A stretch of DNA of 64,000 bases from Sphingomonas sp. (lineage in GTDB: Bacteria; Pseudomonadota; Alphaproteobacteria; Sphingomonadales; Sphingomonadaceae): NCBI GenBank assembly GCA_017304655.1, contig JAFKLY010000009.1, forward strand, positions 117,136 through 181,135, written 5' to 3'. Both the position numbers and the translations under genes were made by a program. Below the pieces are notes generated by a model. That model searched no databases. It was given only the letters and a program-made list of their open reading frames with translations, and was not told the DNA's origin. Shown one piece after another: positions 1 to 11,172 of this stretch. Within the stretch, counting starts at the first letter, position 1. The number at the start of each line of letters is the position of its first letter.

Positions 1-476
1 GCGATCGGATTGCCCTCCCGCTCCGCCGCAGCGACCGGCGCCAGCAGCGCCAGCCGGCCGACCAGATAGAAGCCAGGCAGGAAGAATAGCATCATGCCGG
101 CCATGATGCCGAAACCCTGCAGGATATTGGCCACGATGTAACCGGGCAGGATGAACAGGGCAGCGCGAAGCGATTCGCCGACCGTCAGCCGCTCCGCCCG
201 CAGCAGCAGCGATTGCAGCGCAAGGACGCCGAAGGATGTGACGATGCTGTGGGACAGCAGCACGGGCCAGTTGGCCGTGGCATAGTCGGCAAGGCGCGTC
301 AGCATCTGCTCATTGCTCGCGCCCTTGGCCAGCGCCTGGGGCATGACGATGAACTGTTCGGCCACGATGCCGGGCAGCAGCAGGAACATGCCGGCGATCG
401 CGGTCAGCAGATCGCGATTGGCACTGCCCATCGCCTTGGCGTCATCCCACACGATATTCAGATCAATCTTGCTCAC
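1..476 (-). CDS. hypothetical polytopic membrane protein (N-terminal part only; gene runs off the left edge)
   Basis: Own translation of the minus strand from GTG at 476 gives [42 protein letters not shown]... It stays open to base 1, has hydrophobic helices and GC-rich third positions. It is absent from the ORF track because no stop lies in the window. Confidence 0.4.
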   Translation of the reverse strand, partial: MSKIDLNIVWDDAKAMGSANRDLLTAIAGMFLLLPGIVAEQFIVMPQALAKGASNEQMLTRLADYATANWPVLLSHSIVTSFGVLALQSLLLRAERLTVGESLRAALFILPGYIVANILQGFGIMAGMMLFFLPGFYLVGRLALLAPVAAAEREGNPI

Positions 477-589
477 GCTGTGTTGTCCGCACCCTTTCGG
501 CGTGTTCGATAGGCAAAATCACGACAAAGGGCCAGTGCCACCGCCATGCTTGCCAAAATTCGCGCGGCGCCCCATCTCCCTTGCCACAT

Positions 590-1276
590 ATGATGGCCAT
601 TCCTGCCCTTCCCGACGATATCGAGTGGCGCATCGAGCCCGGCCTTCTCGATTATGCCACGGCCCTCGCTGACATGGAGGCGCGCGCCGAGGAAATCGCG
701 GCCAGCACTGCGCGGGAACGCATCTGGCTGGTCGAGCATCCGGCGCTCTACACGGCCGGCACGAGCGCGCAGGCGAGCGACCTCATCGAGGCCCGCTTCC
801 CGGTGCACACGACCGGGCGTGGCGGGCAATATACCTATCACGGCCCCGGCCAGCGCATCGTCTATCTCAACATCGACCTCGCCCGGCGCGGGCGCGACGT
901 GCGCCGGTTCGTCCAGGCGCTGGAAGGCTGGATGATCGGCGCGCTTGCAGATCTCGGCGTGCCCTGCTGGACGGCGCCCGGCCGCGTAGGCGTATGGACC
1001 CATGGTAGGGACGGCCGCGAAGCGAAGATCGGCGCCATTGGCGTGCGCGTGCGCAAATGGGTGACGTTGCATGGCCTCTCGATCAACGTCGCGCCCGATC
1101 TTTCCCATTATGGCGGCATTGTGCCCTGCGGCATTTCCGAGTTCGGCGTCACCAGCCTCGCCGATCTGGGCAAGGCCAGCGACATGCTGACGCTCGACAA
1201 CGCCCTCGCCGCGCACGCCGCGGACTTTCTGTCCGCCATCGGAACAACGCCCCACCCGGTCGCATCGACCTCTTGA
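590..1276 (+). CDS. lipB: octanoyltransferase LipB
   Basis: ORF 581..1276. Family-typical strings are [51 protein letters not shown] and PCGI. The track start 581 is TTG; the first ATG is at 590. Confidence 0.9.
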   Translation: MMAIPALPDDIEWRIEPGLLDYATALADMEARAEEIAASTARERIWLVEHPALYTAGTSAQASDLIEARFPVHTTGRGGQYTYHGPGQRIVYLNIDLARRGRDVRRFVQALEGWMIGALADLGVPCWTAPGRVGVWTHGRDGREAKIGAIGVRVRKWVTLHGLSINVAPDLSHYGGIVPCGISEFGVTSLADLGKASDMLTLDNALAAHAADFLSAIGTTPHPVASTS

Positions 1277-1365
1277 GGGTTGACCCTCACGTAACTAAGG
1301 TCGCCGCTTCGCGGACGGCCAACGGGTCGCAACAAGCAAGGCGGCCGACCGCGCCAACAGGGAGA

Positions 1366-1656
1366 ATGAGAGAGATGCCTCACCTGAACCTTCGCCGGAC
1401 ACCCCTCCTGCTGCTCGCTGCCTTGGCCTGCGGCGCACTCGCGGGGTGCGGCGAGAAGAAGAGCGGCAACGCCGTCGAAATGCGGGACATGGAAGTCGTC
1501 GACGGGACGGTCAACGACAGCATGACCGATCTCGATGCGGTGAAGGCAGACGGCGTCGGCACCGTCAACAATGCCGGCAGCGTCACGCGCGCGAACGCCC
1601 CCAAGCCGGAAGAGAACGCCGCCGGCGGCGATGTGGAAACCGTCGCGTCCGATTGA
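1366..1656 (+). CDS. small lipoprotein, function unknown
   Basis: Inner part of ORF 1057..1656. It has a signal peptide with lipobox LLLAALACGALAGC followed by GEKKSG. GGAG lies upstream of the alternative ATG at 1375. Confidence 0.6.
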   Translation: MREMPHLNLRRTPLLLLAALACGALAGCGEKKSGNAVEMRDMEVVDGTVNDSMTDLDAVKADGVGTVNNAGSVTRANAPKPEENAAGGDVETVASD

Positions 1657-1689
1657 AGTCCGGGCCGGGGCTTCGGTCAGACCGTTCGC

Positions 1690-2331
1690 TTATTGCAGCC
1701 CGAGTAGCTTGTGCGTCTGGAGCGTGAGCCGCCAGCGGCTGTCGCTCAACGCCAGCGCAATGGCGGCCGCCCGGCTCTTCGCATTGCCGGCCTCGGTTCC
1801 GCGATCCATCGGCTGAACGAGAAAATGCGCGAAGTCCCAGCCCTGGAGCGCATCTGGATCGATGCCCTCTTGCGGCCAGACCAGCTTGAGTTCATCGCCC
1901 TGGCGCTGCACAACCTCACTCCCTGCCTTCGGGCTGATGCACAGCCAGTCGATCCCTTCCGGCGCTGGCAGCGTGCCGTTGCTCTCGACGGCAATCTCGA
2001 AATTCTGCCCATGCAAGGCTGCGATCAGTGGCGTGTCGAGCTGCAGCATCGGTTCGCCGCCGGTGATCACGACGAAGCGCCGTCCCGGCTCGCTGCCCCA
2101 AAGGTCGGCGACGGCGGCGGCCAAAGGCTCGGCCTCGGCGAAGCGTCCGCCGTTCTCGCCATCGGTGCCGACAAAATCCGTGTCGCAGAACTGACAAACC
2201 GCCTTGGCTCGGTCGACCTCGCGCCCGGTCCAGAGATTGCAGCCGGCAAAGCGCAGGAACACCGCGCGACGCCCGGCCTGCATCCCTTCACCCTGCAAGG
2301 TGAGGAACATTTCCTTGACGGCGTAGCTCAT
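1690..2331 (-). CDS. queE: 7-carboxy-7-deazaguanine synthase QueE (radical SAM)
   Basis: EMFLTLQGEG, the Cys cluster region FLRFAGCNLW...CQFCDTDF, and ITGGEP. Confidence 0.9.
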   Translation of the reverse strand: MSYAVKEMFLTLQGEGMQAGRRAVFLRFAGCNLWTGREVDRAKAVCQFCDTDFVGTDGENGGRFAEAEPLAAAVADLWGSEPGRRFVVITGGEPMLQLDTPLIAALHGQNFEIAVESNGTLPAPEGIDWLCISPKAGSEVVQRQGDELKLVWPQEGIDPDALQGWDFAHFLVQPMDRGTEAGNAKSRAAAIALALSDSRWRLTLQTHKLLGLQ

Positions 2332-2344
2332 CGCCGGGGCCTGC

Positions 2345-3034
2345 TCAGGGCTGCACTGCGTAGCGCGTAGGGTCGGGCAAGCCCGCCTCGATGAACCCTT
2401 TCGCGCGCAGGCGGCAGCTGTCGCACAGGCCGCAATGCAGGCCCTCGGGCGTCGGATCGTAGCAGGACCAACTCATGCCAGCGTCCAGCCCCAGCCGGGC
2501 GGCTTCCGCCGCGATCTGCGCCTTGGTCAGGTTTTGCAACGGCGCCTCGATCTTCACCGGCCGCCCCTCGACGCCTCCCCGCGTCGCCAGCGCAGCCATC
2601 GCCTCGAAGGCCGCGATGAATTCGGGACGGCAATCCGGGTAGCCCGAATAATCGAGCGCATTGACGCCGATGTAGATGTGCCGCGCACCGACCACTTCGG
2701 CGAGCCCGAGAGTGAGCGACAGGAAAATCGTGTTGCGCGCCGGGACATAGGTGACCGGAATCCCCTCGCCCACGCCATCCTTGGGCACGGCGATATCGGC
2801 CGTCAGCGCAGATCCGCCAAATTGCGACAGGTCGAGCGGCAGCACGATGTGCCGCTCAACGCCGAGCGCCTGCGCGACGCGGCGAGCGGCGTCCAGCTCG
2901 ATGCGGTGACGCTGGTTATAATCGATGGTGAGCGCTGCCAGACGGAAGCCGGCTTCACGCGCGCGCGCCGCCGCGACCATGGAGTCCAATCCGCCCGAAA
3001 TGAGCGCAACGGCAATGGGAGTTTCAGAGGACAT
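2345..3034 (-). CDS. queC: 7-cyano-7-deazaguanine synthase QueC
   Basis: PP-loop [10 protein letters not shown] and C-terminal Zn-Cys cluster [16 protein letters not shown]. It lies adjacent to queE. Confidence 0.93.
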   Translation of the reverse strand: MSSETPIAVALISGGLDSMVAAARAREAGFRLAALTIDYNQRHRIELDAARRVAQALGVERHIVLPLDLSQFGGSALTADIAVPKDGVGEGIPVTYVPARNTIFLSLTLGLAEVVGARHIYIGVNALDYSGYPDCRPEFIAAFEAMAALATRGGVEGRPVKIEAPLQNLTKAQIAAEAARLGLDAGMSWSCYDPTPEGLHCGLCDSCRLRAKGFIEAGLPDPTRYAVQP

Positions 3035-3082
3035 GGGCCGCCGCTAGCGCAAAACACGCCTCGACGCCACGGGAACGCGCCT

Positions 3083-3502
3083 TCAGCGCTCGGCAATGGC
3101 CTTGCAGGCCCCGACACGGCGACCTTCGAGGGTCATCGCAAACGGCGCGCCACCGGACACACCCTGCGAATCGATCTGCACGAGGCGGGCCGTCTCGACA
3201 CGCACAGCGGTGCGTCCCTGCCCGGCATGCGCGCAGTCATAGGTCACCGCGACCTGCTGGGCGCTGTTCTCGAGAACGAAGCGCTTGCAAGCACGGCCGA
3301 TATGATGCGGCTGGAGCAGCTGGACCGGATCGCCAATGCACAGGCGCCGGGGCTGTGCCGCGCTGTTACGCTCTTTCAGCTCCCACTCGCCGCGCTCGAG
3401 CGAGCTGAGCGCATCGAAATCAACCGACTGCGCCACGACGGCAGCGGCGGGACACGCGATCGCGAGACCGATCAGTACCGAAAAGAGGTTCTTGCTCGTC
3501 AT
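3083..3502 (-). CDS. secreted hypothetical protein
   Basis: Inner start MTSKNLFSVLIGLAIACPAAAVVAQS (signal peptide) within ORF 3083..3559. No recognisable family. Confidence 0.5.
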   Translation of the reverse strand: MTSKNLFSVLIGLAIACPAAAVVAQSVDFDALSSLERGEWELKERNSAAQPRRLCIGDPVQLLQPHHIGRACKRFVLENSAQQVAVTYDCAHAGQGRTAVRVETARLVQIDSQGVSGGAPFAMTLEGRRVGACKAIAER

Positions 3503-3662
3503 CTGCCTGCTTGCCCACCTGTTTCCATCGCCCGGTATCCCAACCCAGGACGAGGTCACGCCCCCACTCCCTGTAACATAGGCGGAAATTTCGGCGAGAA
3601 AAGGGCACGGCTCGTCGCACCGTGCCGAATTCGGTCAGCTAACAGCAATTGTCACGATTTCG

Positions 3663-4586
3663 TCAGACCCGCGAAGGGAATTCGTCCAGCCCGACGTCGA
3701 AGATCTTGGAACAAAAGGCGCAATCGACCGCGATCAGGCCGCGTTCATCGGCCATGTCGCGCCGTTCTTCCTCACCGAAACGCCCGAGAACCGTGCGAAT
3801 ATGATCGGGATCACAGCGACAGCCCTTGCTGATCGCGACGGGATCATAAGCCCGCACTTCGGGCTCCTCATGGAACAGGCGCCAGGCAATGTCGCTCAGC
3901 GGCAGAGTCGTATCGGTCAGTTCCGCGTCGGACAGGGTCCGCCCGAGGATCATGACATGCTCCCAGTCGGGATGATCATGGCGCACGTGCAGCCGCTCGC
4001 GGCCCACCTCGCCTTCGGGCAGATGCTGGAGCAACATGCCGGCGCCCACGCATCCCTCGCCCGGATCGTGCCGCACGGCGATGTGGACGATACTGGGAAT
4101 CTGCTCGGATTGCGCGAAGTAATGCTCCGCCGCCGCGCCAAGGCCGATGCCTTCCAGCGGCACGATGCCCTGATAACGCTCGCCGGAAACCGCCTGATCG
4201 AAAGTGATGGCGAGGAAGCCCTTGCCGAACAGGCCGAACAGCGTCGGCTCCTCGCCCAGCTCGGCCAGGCGATCGGCATCGAACTTCGCGTAGCCGCGCA
4301 CCGCGCCGTCCTTATAGTCCGCCACCAGCAGCGAAACGACGCCATGCTCGGTCTGTGCCTGCAAGGTCAGCTGGCCGCCCTCGTCCTTGAGCATGGCGCC
4401 GAGCAGGCTGGCGAGCACCAGCGCTTCAGCTACCAGCTTTTCGATGACCGGCGGATAGCGGTGTGCCGAGAGCACATCGTCCAGCGCAGCGCCCACCCGG
4501 ACGAGGCGTCCGCGCACATGGCGCGCGGGAATGGTGAAGCCGAGCGCTTCGTCGGCAAAGGAGCGGGTGGAAGAGATGTCGGTCAC
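3663..4586 (-). CDS. hslO: redox-regulated chaperone Hsp33
   Basis: C-terminal zinc redox-switch motif CRCDPD...CAFCSKIF, with length and layout typical of Hsp33. Confidence 0.9.
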   Translation of the reverse strand: MTDISSTRSFADEALGFTIPARHVRGRLVRVGAALDDVLSAHRYPPVIEKLVAEALVLASLLGAMLKDEGGQLTLQAQTEHGVVSLLVADYKDGAVRGYAKFDADRLAELGEEPTLFGLFGKGFLAITFDQAVSGERYQGIVPLEGIGLGAAAEHYFAQSEQIPSIVHIAVRHDPGEGCVGAGMLLQHLPEGEVGRERLHVRHDHPDWEHVMILGRTLSDAELTDTTLPLSDIAWRLFHEEPEVRAYDPVAISKGCRCDPDHIRTVLGRFGEEERRDMADERGLIAVDCAFCSKIFDVGLDEFPSRV

Positions 4587-4663
4587 GGGCGCCTAGATAG
4601 GGATGCGGTAGCGAATGTCCAAGCGACCTGCGCCTCTCCCGTGCAGGAGAGACGCGCGACCGC

Positions 4664-5602
4664 TCAGCCAAGCAGTCCGAAGGCCCAGAGCAGCACCGAT
4701 TTCTGAGCATGAAGGCGATTTTCCGCCTCGTCCCAGATGACCGACTGCGGCCCGTCGATGACCTCTGCGGTAACTTCTTCCTCGCGATGCGCCGGAAGGC
4801 AATGGAGGAACTTCGCCGTCGGCTTCGCCTGTGCCATCAGCGACGCCGTCACCTGATAGGGCATCATCGCCTTGAGCTTTTCCTCTCCGCCGGCCTGCCC
4901 CATGGAAATCCAGGTGTCGGTTACCACGACATCCGCGCCGGCCGCTGCCTGCGCCGCGTCGCGCATGAGCGTGATCGTCGCGCCGCGCGCACTGGCCTGC
5001 GCTCCGAAGCGTGGATCCGGCTCGTACCCTTCGGGCACGCCGACGCGCACGTCGAACTTGAAGAGCCCGGCGGCCTCGATGATCGAGTGCAGCACATTGT
5101 TGCCGTCGCCCAGCCAGGCCCACTGACTGCCCGGCAGGGCCACGCCATGCTCGATGACGGTCAGCAGATCGGCGACGATCTGGCAGGGATGCGAATCGTC
5201 GGTCAGGCCATTGATGACCGGCACGGTCGCGTGGCGCGCCATTTCCTCGATCTTGGCGTGATCGTCCGTGCGGATCATGATCGCGTCGACCATGCGCGAG
5301 AGCACCCGCGCGGTGTCGGCAATCGTCTCGCCACGACCCAGCTGGCTCGTGCTGCCGTCAAGAATGAGCGACGTACCTCCGAGCTGGCGGATCGCCATGT
5401 CGAACGAGACGCGCGTGCGGGTCGAGTTCTTCTCGAAGATCATGGCAAGCGTTCGCCCGGCCAGCGGCGCGTCCTTGTCCGCCGCGCCCCTGGGCAGGCC
5501 AGCCGCCAGGCGCGCCGCCTTGCGGTCGATCGCATCGGAAATCATCGCGGCGATCGCATCGCCACCAGCATCGGACAGATTGAGGAAATGCCTCGTCATC
5601 AT
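4664..5602 (-). CDS. argF: ornithine carbamoyltransferase
   Basis: STRTRVSFD carbamoyl-phosphate motif, SHPCQ and [10 protein letters not shown]. Confidence 0.93.
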   Translation of the reverse strand: MMTRHFLNLSDAGGDAIAAMISDAIDRKAARLAAGLPRGAADKDAPLAGRTLAMIFEKNSTRTRVSFDMAIRQLGGTSLILDGSTSQLGRGETIADTARVLSRMVDAIMIRTDDHAKIEEMARHATVPVINGLTDDSHPCQIVADLLTVIEHGVALPGSQWAWLGDGNNVLHSIIEAAGLFKFDVRVGVPEGYEPDPRFGAQASARGATITLMRDAAQAAAGADVVVTDTWISMGQAGGEEKLKAMMPYQVTASLMAQAKPTAKFLHCLPAHREEEVTAEVIDGPQSVIWDEAENRLHAQKSVLLWAFGLLG

Positions 5603-5690
5603 CTGTTTCCCTGCGAAGGCAGGAACCCGGAACGGCGTGGCGCCGTCCCCGAGCCCTGGGCGCCCGTTATCGGGGGCGCGCTAGTTGGTC

Positions 5691-6890
5691 TTATGTGGCC
5701 GCCTCCGGCACCTTGTAGCTTGCTGCGCCGGCAGAGAGCTTTTCGATGGCTTCGGCGATGTGGCTGTCCTCGATCACCAGCGGCGGCAGGATGCGCACAA
5801 CATTCTCGCCCGCCGAGACGGTGAGCAAGCCGTGCTTGTCGCGCAGATGCGCCACGAAATTGCGCGCTTCCACTTCCGGCTTCAGCTTGAGGCCGAGCAT
5901 CAGACCGAGCCCGCGCACTTCCTCGAACACGCCGTCATGATTGGGGATCAACTGCTGCAGCGCGCCCCGCAAACGCTCGCCCTTGCGCGCCACTTCATCG
6001 AAGAAGCCCGGCTCCAGCATGACGTCGAGGATTGCCATGCCCGCCGCCATGGCCAGCGGATTGCCGCCATAGGTCGAGCCGTGCGTGCCGAATACCATGC
6101 CCTTGGCCGCTTCCTCTGTCGCAAGGCAGGCGCCGAGCGGAAAGCCGCCACCAATGCCCTTGGCCACCGCCATGATGTCCGGACGGACCCCATAATGCTC
6201 ATGCGCGAAGAACTTGCCCGTGCGCCCATAGCCGCACTGCACTTCATCGAGCACCAGCAGCAGGCCGTGCTCGTCGCAGGCCTTTCGCAGGCCCTTGATG
6301 AATTCGGGCGTGCCGGCGGTGAGGCCACCTTCACCCTGCACCGTCTCGACGAGGAAACCGGCGGTTTCGCCATCGATCTTGGCAAGAGCCGTCTCGAGAT
6401 CGTTGAACTTCACATAGTCGAAGCCAGGCAGCAGCGGCTCGAACCCATCCCGCATCTTGGGCTGGTCCGTCGCGCTGATCGCGCCCAGCGTCCGCCCATG
6501 GAAGGCGTTCTTGAAGGTGATCAGCTTGTGCCGCTGCGGATTGCCATTGGCATAATGATAGCGACGCGCCGTCTTGATCGCGCACTCCACCGCTTCCGCA
6601 CCGCTGTTCGTAAAGAACACGGTGTCGGCAAAGCAGTTGTCGACAATGCGCTGCGCAAACGCCTCACCCTGCGGAGACCCGTAGAGATTGGAGACGTGCA
6701 TCAGCGTAGCCGCCTGCTCGGCGATCGCCTTGACGAGATGCGGATGGCCATGGCCAAGCGCATTCACTGCGATGCCCGCCGCGAAATCGAGATAGCGCTC
6801 GCCTCGCTCGCCGATCAGATAGCAGCCCTCGCCGCGCACCGGACGCACCTCACACCGGGGATAAACGGGCATGAGTGGGGTGATCGACAT
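5691..6890 (-). CDS. argD: acetylornithine aminotransferase (class III PLP aminotransferase)
   Basis: LMPVYPR..RGEG N-terminus, LVLDEVQCGYGRTGK, and MAVAKGIGGGFPLG (PLP lysine). AAGGAG sits 7 nt upstream of the ATG at 6890. Operon with argF. Confidence 0.9.
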   Translation of the reverse strand: MSITPLMPVYPRCEVRPVRGEGCYLIGERGERYLDFAAGIAVNALGHGHPHLVKAIAEQAATLMHVSNLYGSPQGEAFAQRIVDNCFADTVFFTNSGAEAVECAIKTARRYHYANGNPQRHKLITFKNAFHGRTLGAISATDQPKMRDGFEPLLPGFDYVKFNDLETALAKIDGETAGFLVETVQGEGGLTAGTPEFIKGLRKACDEHGLLLVLDEVQCGYGRTGKFFAHEHYGVRPDIMAVAKGIGGGFPLGACLATEEAAKGMVFGTHGSTYGGNPLAMAAGMAILDVMLEPGFFDEVARKGERLRGALQQLIPNHDGVFEEVRGLGLMLGLKLKPEVEARNFVAHLRDKHGLLTVSAGENVVRILPPLVIEDSHIAEAIEKLSAGAASYKVPEAAT

Positions 6891-7029
6891 TGGACTGCTC
6901 CTTTCTCGCACGGGTTTCAGAAACGGAAAAAGGCGGCCCGTGCGAGGCCGCCATCGTCAGGGCGCCGCTATAGACGCGGTTGGTAAACGAATCAAATATT
7001 CCCTGCCTAGCCCGGGGAGGGCCGGACGA

Positions 7030-7551
7030 TCAGGGCTGGCGCCGCTTCACAACGGCCGGCACGCCGACCGCGAGCGCACCCGCCGGCACGTCCTGCATCA
7101 CCACCGCGTTGGCGCCGATCGCCGCATCGTCGCCGACCGTCACCCTGCCGAGGATTACGGCTCCGGCGCCGATGTTGACTCGCTTGCCGATGATCGGCGC
7201 CTCATCCAGCCGGTCGAGCGACCGGATGCCGAGCGTGCAGTTCTGGCGAATGATCGACCCGTCACCGATGACGCTCGCGCCATGGACCACAATGCCGCCC
7301 TGATGCTCGACGATGACGCCACGACCGATGACCGCAGTATAGGGAATCTCGATGCCATAGACGTTGCGGCAATGGCGGTAGCCCCAGCGATAGAGGAGGC
7401 TCAGCGGCGCGCGCAGAAGCTTGGGGCGCACGCTCATCCGCCAGTTGCCGAAGCGGTGCCAGAAGAGGGTGCGGAAGCCCGGACGCGTCCAGTCCCGCCC
7501 ATGGGCCTCGAAGTCCTCCGCGAGGAGCGCGCGCATTTGCCGGAAGCTCAT
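7030..7551 (-). CDS. hexapeptide-repeat O-acetyltransferase (serine acetyltransferase-like)
   Basis: Left-handed beta-helix repeats IGRGVIVEH, VHGASVIGDGSII, IGKRVNIGAGAVILGRVTVGDDAAIGANAVV. The stop/start overlaps the upstream GT2 gene. Confidence 0.75.
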   Translation of the reverse strand: MSFRQMRALLAEDFEAHGRDWTRPGFRTLFWHRFGNWRMSVRPKLLRAPLSLLYRWGYRHCRNVYGIEIPYTAVIGRGVIVEHQGGIVVHGASVIGDGSIIRQNCTLGIRSLDRLDEAPIIGKRVNIGAGAVILGRVTVGDDAAIGANAVVMQDVPAGALAVGVPAVVKRRQP

Positions 7552-8582
7552 GATCTGCCGCCCTCGCCCTTATATTCGATCAGCCGGTGCGGACCGCCGC
7601 GCCAACGCTTCCCCCAATAGCGCAGCACGCCGCCGAATTGGGCGAATTTTCCGAGCATCATCCACAGGCCATAACCTAGCGCGAAGCCGGCCGGGGCGCC
7701 GCTGCGCCATTTGCGCAGGGCGATGCGGGCGACCTGCGCGGGATAAAGCGCCGCCAGCGCCAGTGCGAGCACACCCGCGAAGGCAGAGGGAACCAGCAAC
7801 GCAACAAGGGCCAGCAGCAGGATAATCGCCGGGATAATCCCGCCCCACAGCACGATGCTGCGCACCTGGCGCCGCCAGTCGGCAAAGGCATGGTCGCCAT
7901 GGCGCGCGACATGCTCGGCAAAGGCATGGCCAGCGCGGCGCGCGCGCAACCATTGCTGGCGAGCGTGATGCATGTCGGCATCGTGCAGCGTCATCTCCGC
8001 GTCGATACGCCGGACCTGCCACCCCTTGAGGCCAAGCCGCAGGCAGAGGTCGGGCTCCTCCCCCGCGATCAGATCGTCGCTATAGCCATCGACCGCGCGC
8101 AAGGCCTCGACCCGGAACAGCACGTCGCCACCGCAGGCCTGCACAAGGCCGACCGGCACGTTCCACTCGTCATCGCACAGCGCATTGTAGAAGCTCGCCT
8201 GCGGGAAGCGCTCGCGGCGGCGGCCGAACACGGCGCAAAGCGCCGACTCGGCGTCCAGCGTCGCCTCAGCCTGCGCCAGCCAGTGCGGATCGAGCTCGCA
8301 ATCGCCATCCACGAACTGGATGTAGCTGAGCCCCGGATGCTCCGTGAGCAGGCGCCGCCAGCCGGCGTTGCGAGCGCGCGCTGCGGTAAAGCCATGCTCG
8401 GTCGACAGGCGCTCGACGCTCATGCCGAGACCAAGCGCAAAGTCGACGCTGCCGTCGGTCGATCCTGAATCCACATAGACCACCGGACAGCCGGGCGGCA
8501 CGCTGCGCAGGCAGCGCTGCAACCGCTCGCCTTCGTTCCGCCCGATCGCGACCAGGCCGATGCGCGAGGGCGCCTGAGTCAT
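7548..8582 (-). CDS. family 2 glycosyltransferase with C-terminal membrane helices
   Basis: GT-A signatures VAIGRNEGERL, YVDSGSTDGS and FVDGDCEL (DxD), plus a hydrophobic C-terminus IVLWGGIIPAIILLLALVALLV. Confidence 0.8.
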   Translation of the reverse strand: MTQAPSRIGLVAIGRNEGERLQRCLRSVPPGCPVVYVDSGSTDGSVDFALGLGMSVERLSTEHGFTAARARNAGWRRLLTEHPGLSYIQFVDGDCELDPHWLAQAEATLDAESALCAVFGRRRERFPQASFYNALCDDEWNVPVGLVQACGGDVLFRVEALRAVDGYSDDLIAGEEPDLCLRLGLKGWQVRRIDAEMTLHDADMHHARQQWLRARRAGHAFAEHVARHGDHAFADWRRQVRSIVLWGGIIPAIILLLALVALLVPSAFAGVLALALAALYPAQVARIALRKWRSGAPAGFALGYGLWMMLGKFAQFGGVLRYWGKRWRGGPHRLIEYKGEGGRS

Positions 8583-9619
8583 TCGCCGATCCAGGCAGGC
8601 GCGCGGCCCGGTGGTTCGTCCCAGGGCGCAATCGACCGACTGCTGTCCCGCTTCGATGGCCAGAAGCTATGACGCAGCGTCATCGCGAATTCGCGCGGAA
8701 TGGCATCGCGCCGCTTGCCGCGCACCGGTCGCAATGCCAAGGCGATCATGCGCCCGGCGAGCCAGCCGAGATTGGCCGCCATCAGCCCCGCCCAGCCCCC
8801 GGTCAGCATGAAGTAGCGGCGCCGCGCTTCATAGCGATAGACCGGCTGGGGGCGCACGGCGACCTGCCCGCCGCTGGCCACACCCGTCGCCGCACCGGCG
8901 ATGTGGACGATCCGGCTCGCAGGCACGAACCACAACGCCCAGCCGGCCCGGCCCATCCGGTGCATCAGTTCCACTTCCTCGAAGTAGAGGAAGAAGCCAT
9001 CGTCGAAGAGGCCAGTCTGGCGCAGGGCCTCGGCACGAAACATCACGCTCGCGCCGGTCAGCCAGTCGGCCGGCCCGGGATCAGAGCGTTCAACGAGCGT
9101 GGGCGTCACGCCCAGCAGTGCTCCCAGCTTGGCCATGCCGCAACCACGCACGAACTCGCGGCCGGGGCTCGGGAAGCGAAAGGCCGATCCGGCCAGTTCC
9201 CCGTCCGGCTCCAGCAGACGGCTGCAGACGCCGCCAAGATCGGGATGAGCCGCGATCACATCGAGCAGCGCCTTGATCGCGCCCGGTTCCACCACGGTGT
9301 CAGGATTGAGAAGATGGATGAATTCGGGCGGTTGCGGGCGCTGGAGGAGGCGCAGCATCGCCTGATTGTTCGCCCAGCCAAAGCCGCCATTGATCTCCAG
9401 CGGCAGCAGGCTGACCCAATCGCGCCAGGGCTGCGCAGAAAAATGATCGGCAAGGCGCTGCGCGGAGCCATCGCCGCTGCCTCCATCGACCACGATGACC
9501 TCGAACGGACCGGCCGTGTCGCGCTCGCTCGCCAGCGAGTCCACGCAGCGGATGACATAGTCCGCCGTCCGATAGTTCACGATCACGATCGCGAGAGGGG
9601 GGGCTGACATCTGCGGCAT
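8579..9619 (-). CDS. family 2 glycosyltransferase
   Basis: LAIVIVNYRTADYV, VVDGGSGDGS and LLNPDTVV. The inner ATG at 9619 is preferred over track start 9691. Confidence 0.8.
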   Translation of the reverse strand: MPQMSAPPLAIVIVNYRTADYVIRCVDSLASERDTAGPFEVIVVDGGSGDGSAQRLADHFSAQPWRDWVSLLPLEINGGFGWANNQAMLRLLQRPQPPEFIHLLNPDTVVEPGAIKALLDVIAAHPDLGGVCSRLLEPDGELAGSAFRFPSPGREFVRGCGMAKLGALLGVTPTLVERSDPGPADWLTGASVMFRAEALRQTGLFDDGFFLYFEEVELMHRMGRAGWALWFVPASRIVHIAGAATGVASGGQVAVRPQPVYRYEARRRYFMLTGGWAGLMAANLGWLAGRMIALALRPVRGKRRDAIPREFAMTLRHSFWPSKRDSSRSIAPWDEPPGRAPAWIGE

Positions 9620-9753
9620 GGCGGTTCCGGATAAGGGATCGATCGAACTGGGGTCAACGCTGCTGACCCAGCCCAGCCCTTTAGCCGCCAAATCCTAAAA
9701 AAAGCCGGTTCTCAAAACCGGTCGCGCAGCATCATCCGCCAGAGCCGATGAAA

Positions 9754-10893
9754 TCAGCGTCGATGCAGCGCAGCGACGGAGCGTGCCACCGACTGCATGA
9801 GGGCCCAGCGCTCGGGGATCGACACGGTCGTCTCACCGATCATGATGGCGATCGCATAGCTCGTCCCGTCCGGCGCCGTCATGATGCCGACGTCGTTATA
9901 CCCGGTCGAGCGCGGCGCGAGTTCCTGGCCGGTTCCGGTCTTGTGCACGTATGTCCAGCCTTCCGGCACTCCCGCCTTCACACGCTGCGGTCCGGTCTTG
10001 GCACCTTCCATGATGCTGAGCAGCGTCTGCGTCGATGTCGGAGAGAGCATGGCGCCCTTCTTCAACTTGGCGAGCGCATGGACGATCGCCAGCGGCGAAG
10101 CACCGTCAATCGGATTGGCCAGATAGGCATCGAGCGCCTTCTCGCGCGCCGAGCGAGGCAGATTGGCCCGGGCCGCGTAGAAGCGGCGCCCCATGGCAAG
10201 ATCCTGCGACCAGGTGAGGCCGGCCGTCTGGCTCTGCAACATCCGCTCACCGGGGCCGAAGCGGATCGCATCCTGCGAGAAGAAGCGCCGCGCCAGATAA
10301 CCACGCACCGCTTCCGGCCCGCCGACGGTGCGCAGGATCGAATCATTGGCGGTATTGTCGCTCTGCTGCATCGCGCGGGCGAGCAGATCGCGCAGTGTCG
10401 TCGTGTAGCCCGAGTCGCCCTTCACCATCGCCGCGATGGGCTGGTGAAACAGGGTGAGATCGCTCTGCTTGATCGTCACTTGCCGGTCGAGCGCGAGCTT
10501 ACCGCGATCGATCGCATCGAACATCGTCATCGCGACCCACAGCTTGGACACGCTCTGCTGCGGGAAAAGCTTGTTGCCGTTGTGCGCCACGGTCCAGCCA
10601 GCGTCGACCCGTTCCACGGCGATGCCGACAGTCCCGTTGAACTGCTGGCCGAGCGTCTGGATCGTACTGACCAGCGCCGGGGATGGGCGGGAGGTTGGGA
10701 CGGCGACCACATTGGGCGTCGCCGGCGGCGGCAAGGGCGCAGTCACACGGGGCGCCGGGGCCGCTTGCACCATGGGCTGAACGGCAGGGATCGCCGTGCA
10801 GGCGCCCGCCAGAGCCAGCACGCCAAGACCCGCCATGCGCGGTCCCAGCCACTTTCTGCCTCGCGAGGTGCGCCGTCTCAGAATCATGCTCAT
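9754..10893 (-). CDS. class A beta-lactamase-family serine hydrolase with Pro/Ala-rich N-terminal linker
   Basis: SxxK (QQSVSKLW), SDN (QQSDNTAND) and KTG (HKTGTG) motifs in the correct order. It has a signal-like N-terminus. The start is uncertain (10893 or 10887). Confidence 0.75.
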   Translation of the reverse strand: MSMILRRRTSRGRKWLGPRMAGLGVLALAGACTAIPAVQPMVQAAPAPRVTAPLPPPATPNVVAVPTSRPSPALVSTIQTLGQQFNGTVGIAVERVDAGWTVAHNGNKLFPQQSVSKLWVAMTMFDAIDRGKLALDRQVTIKQSDLTLFHQPIAAMVKGDSGYTTTLRDLLARAMQQSDNTANDSILRTVGGPEAVRGYLARRFFSQDAIRFGPGERMLQSQTAGLTWSQDLAMGRRFYAARANLPRSAREKALDAYLANPIDGASPLAIVHALAKLKKGAMLSPTSTQTLLSIMEGAKTGPQRVKAGVPEGWTYVHKTGTGQELAPRSTGYNDVGIMTAPDGTSYAIAIMIGETTVSIPERWALMQSVARSVAALHRR

Positions 10894-11172
10894 AGTCTTG
10901 CACAGCAGACTTAACATGGCGCGAACGGGTTCAACCCGGCTGCGACGTGACGACTCCATTCTGCGGCAGATTGCATCGATCTCGGGAACTTATGACGGCG
11001 CGCGGCGTTGCCCGGCCGATTTGATGCGTTTCAAAGGTCGGGCTGTTCGGAATCGGTTTGATCGGAATCAATGTGCGGCGGCATTGGCCTGGCTAGAGAC
11101 AGGACGACGCCACGATCCGCAGTCGTCGCGTTGGAAGCAGCCTCGCTGTTTTCCCTCCTAGTCAGACCTTAA

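Noticed and set aside
2435-3832. 465-aa plus-strand ORF spanning queC and the neighbouring gene
   Set aside because: It is antisense to clearly recognisable queC and has Arg/Gly/Ala/Pro-dominated, motif-less composition. This is a typical high-GC shadow ORF.
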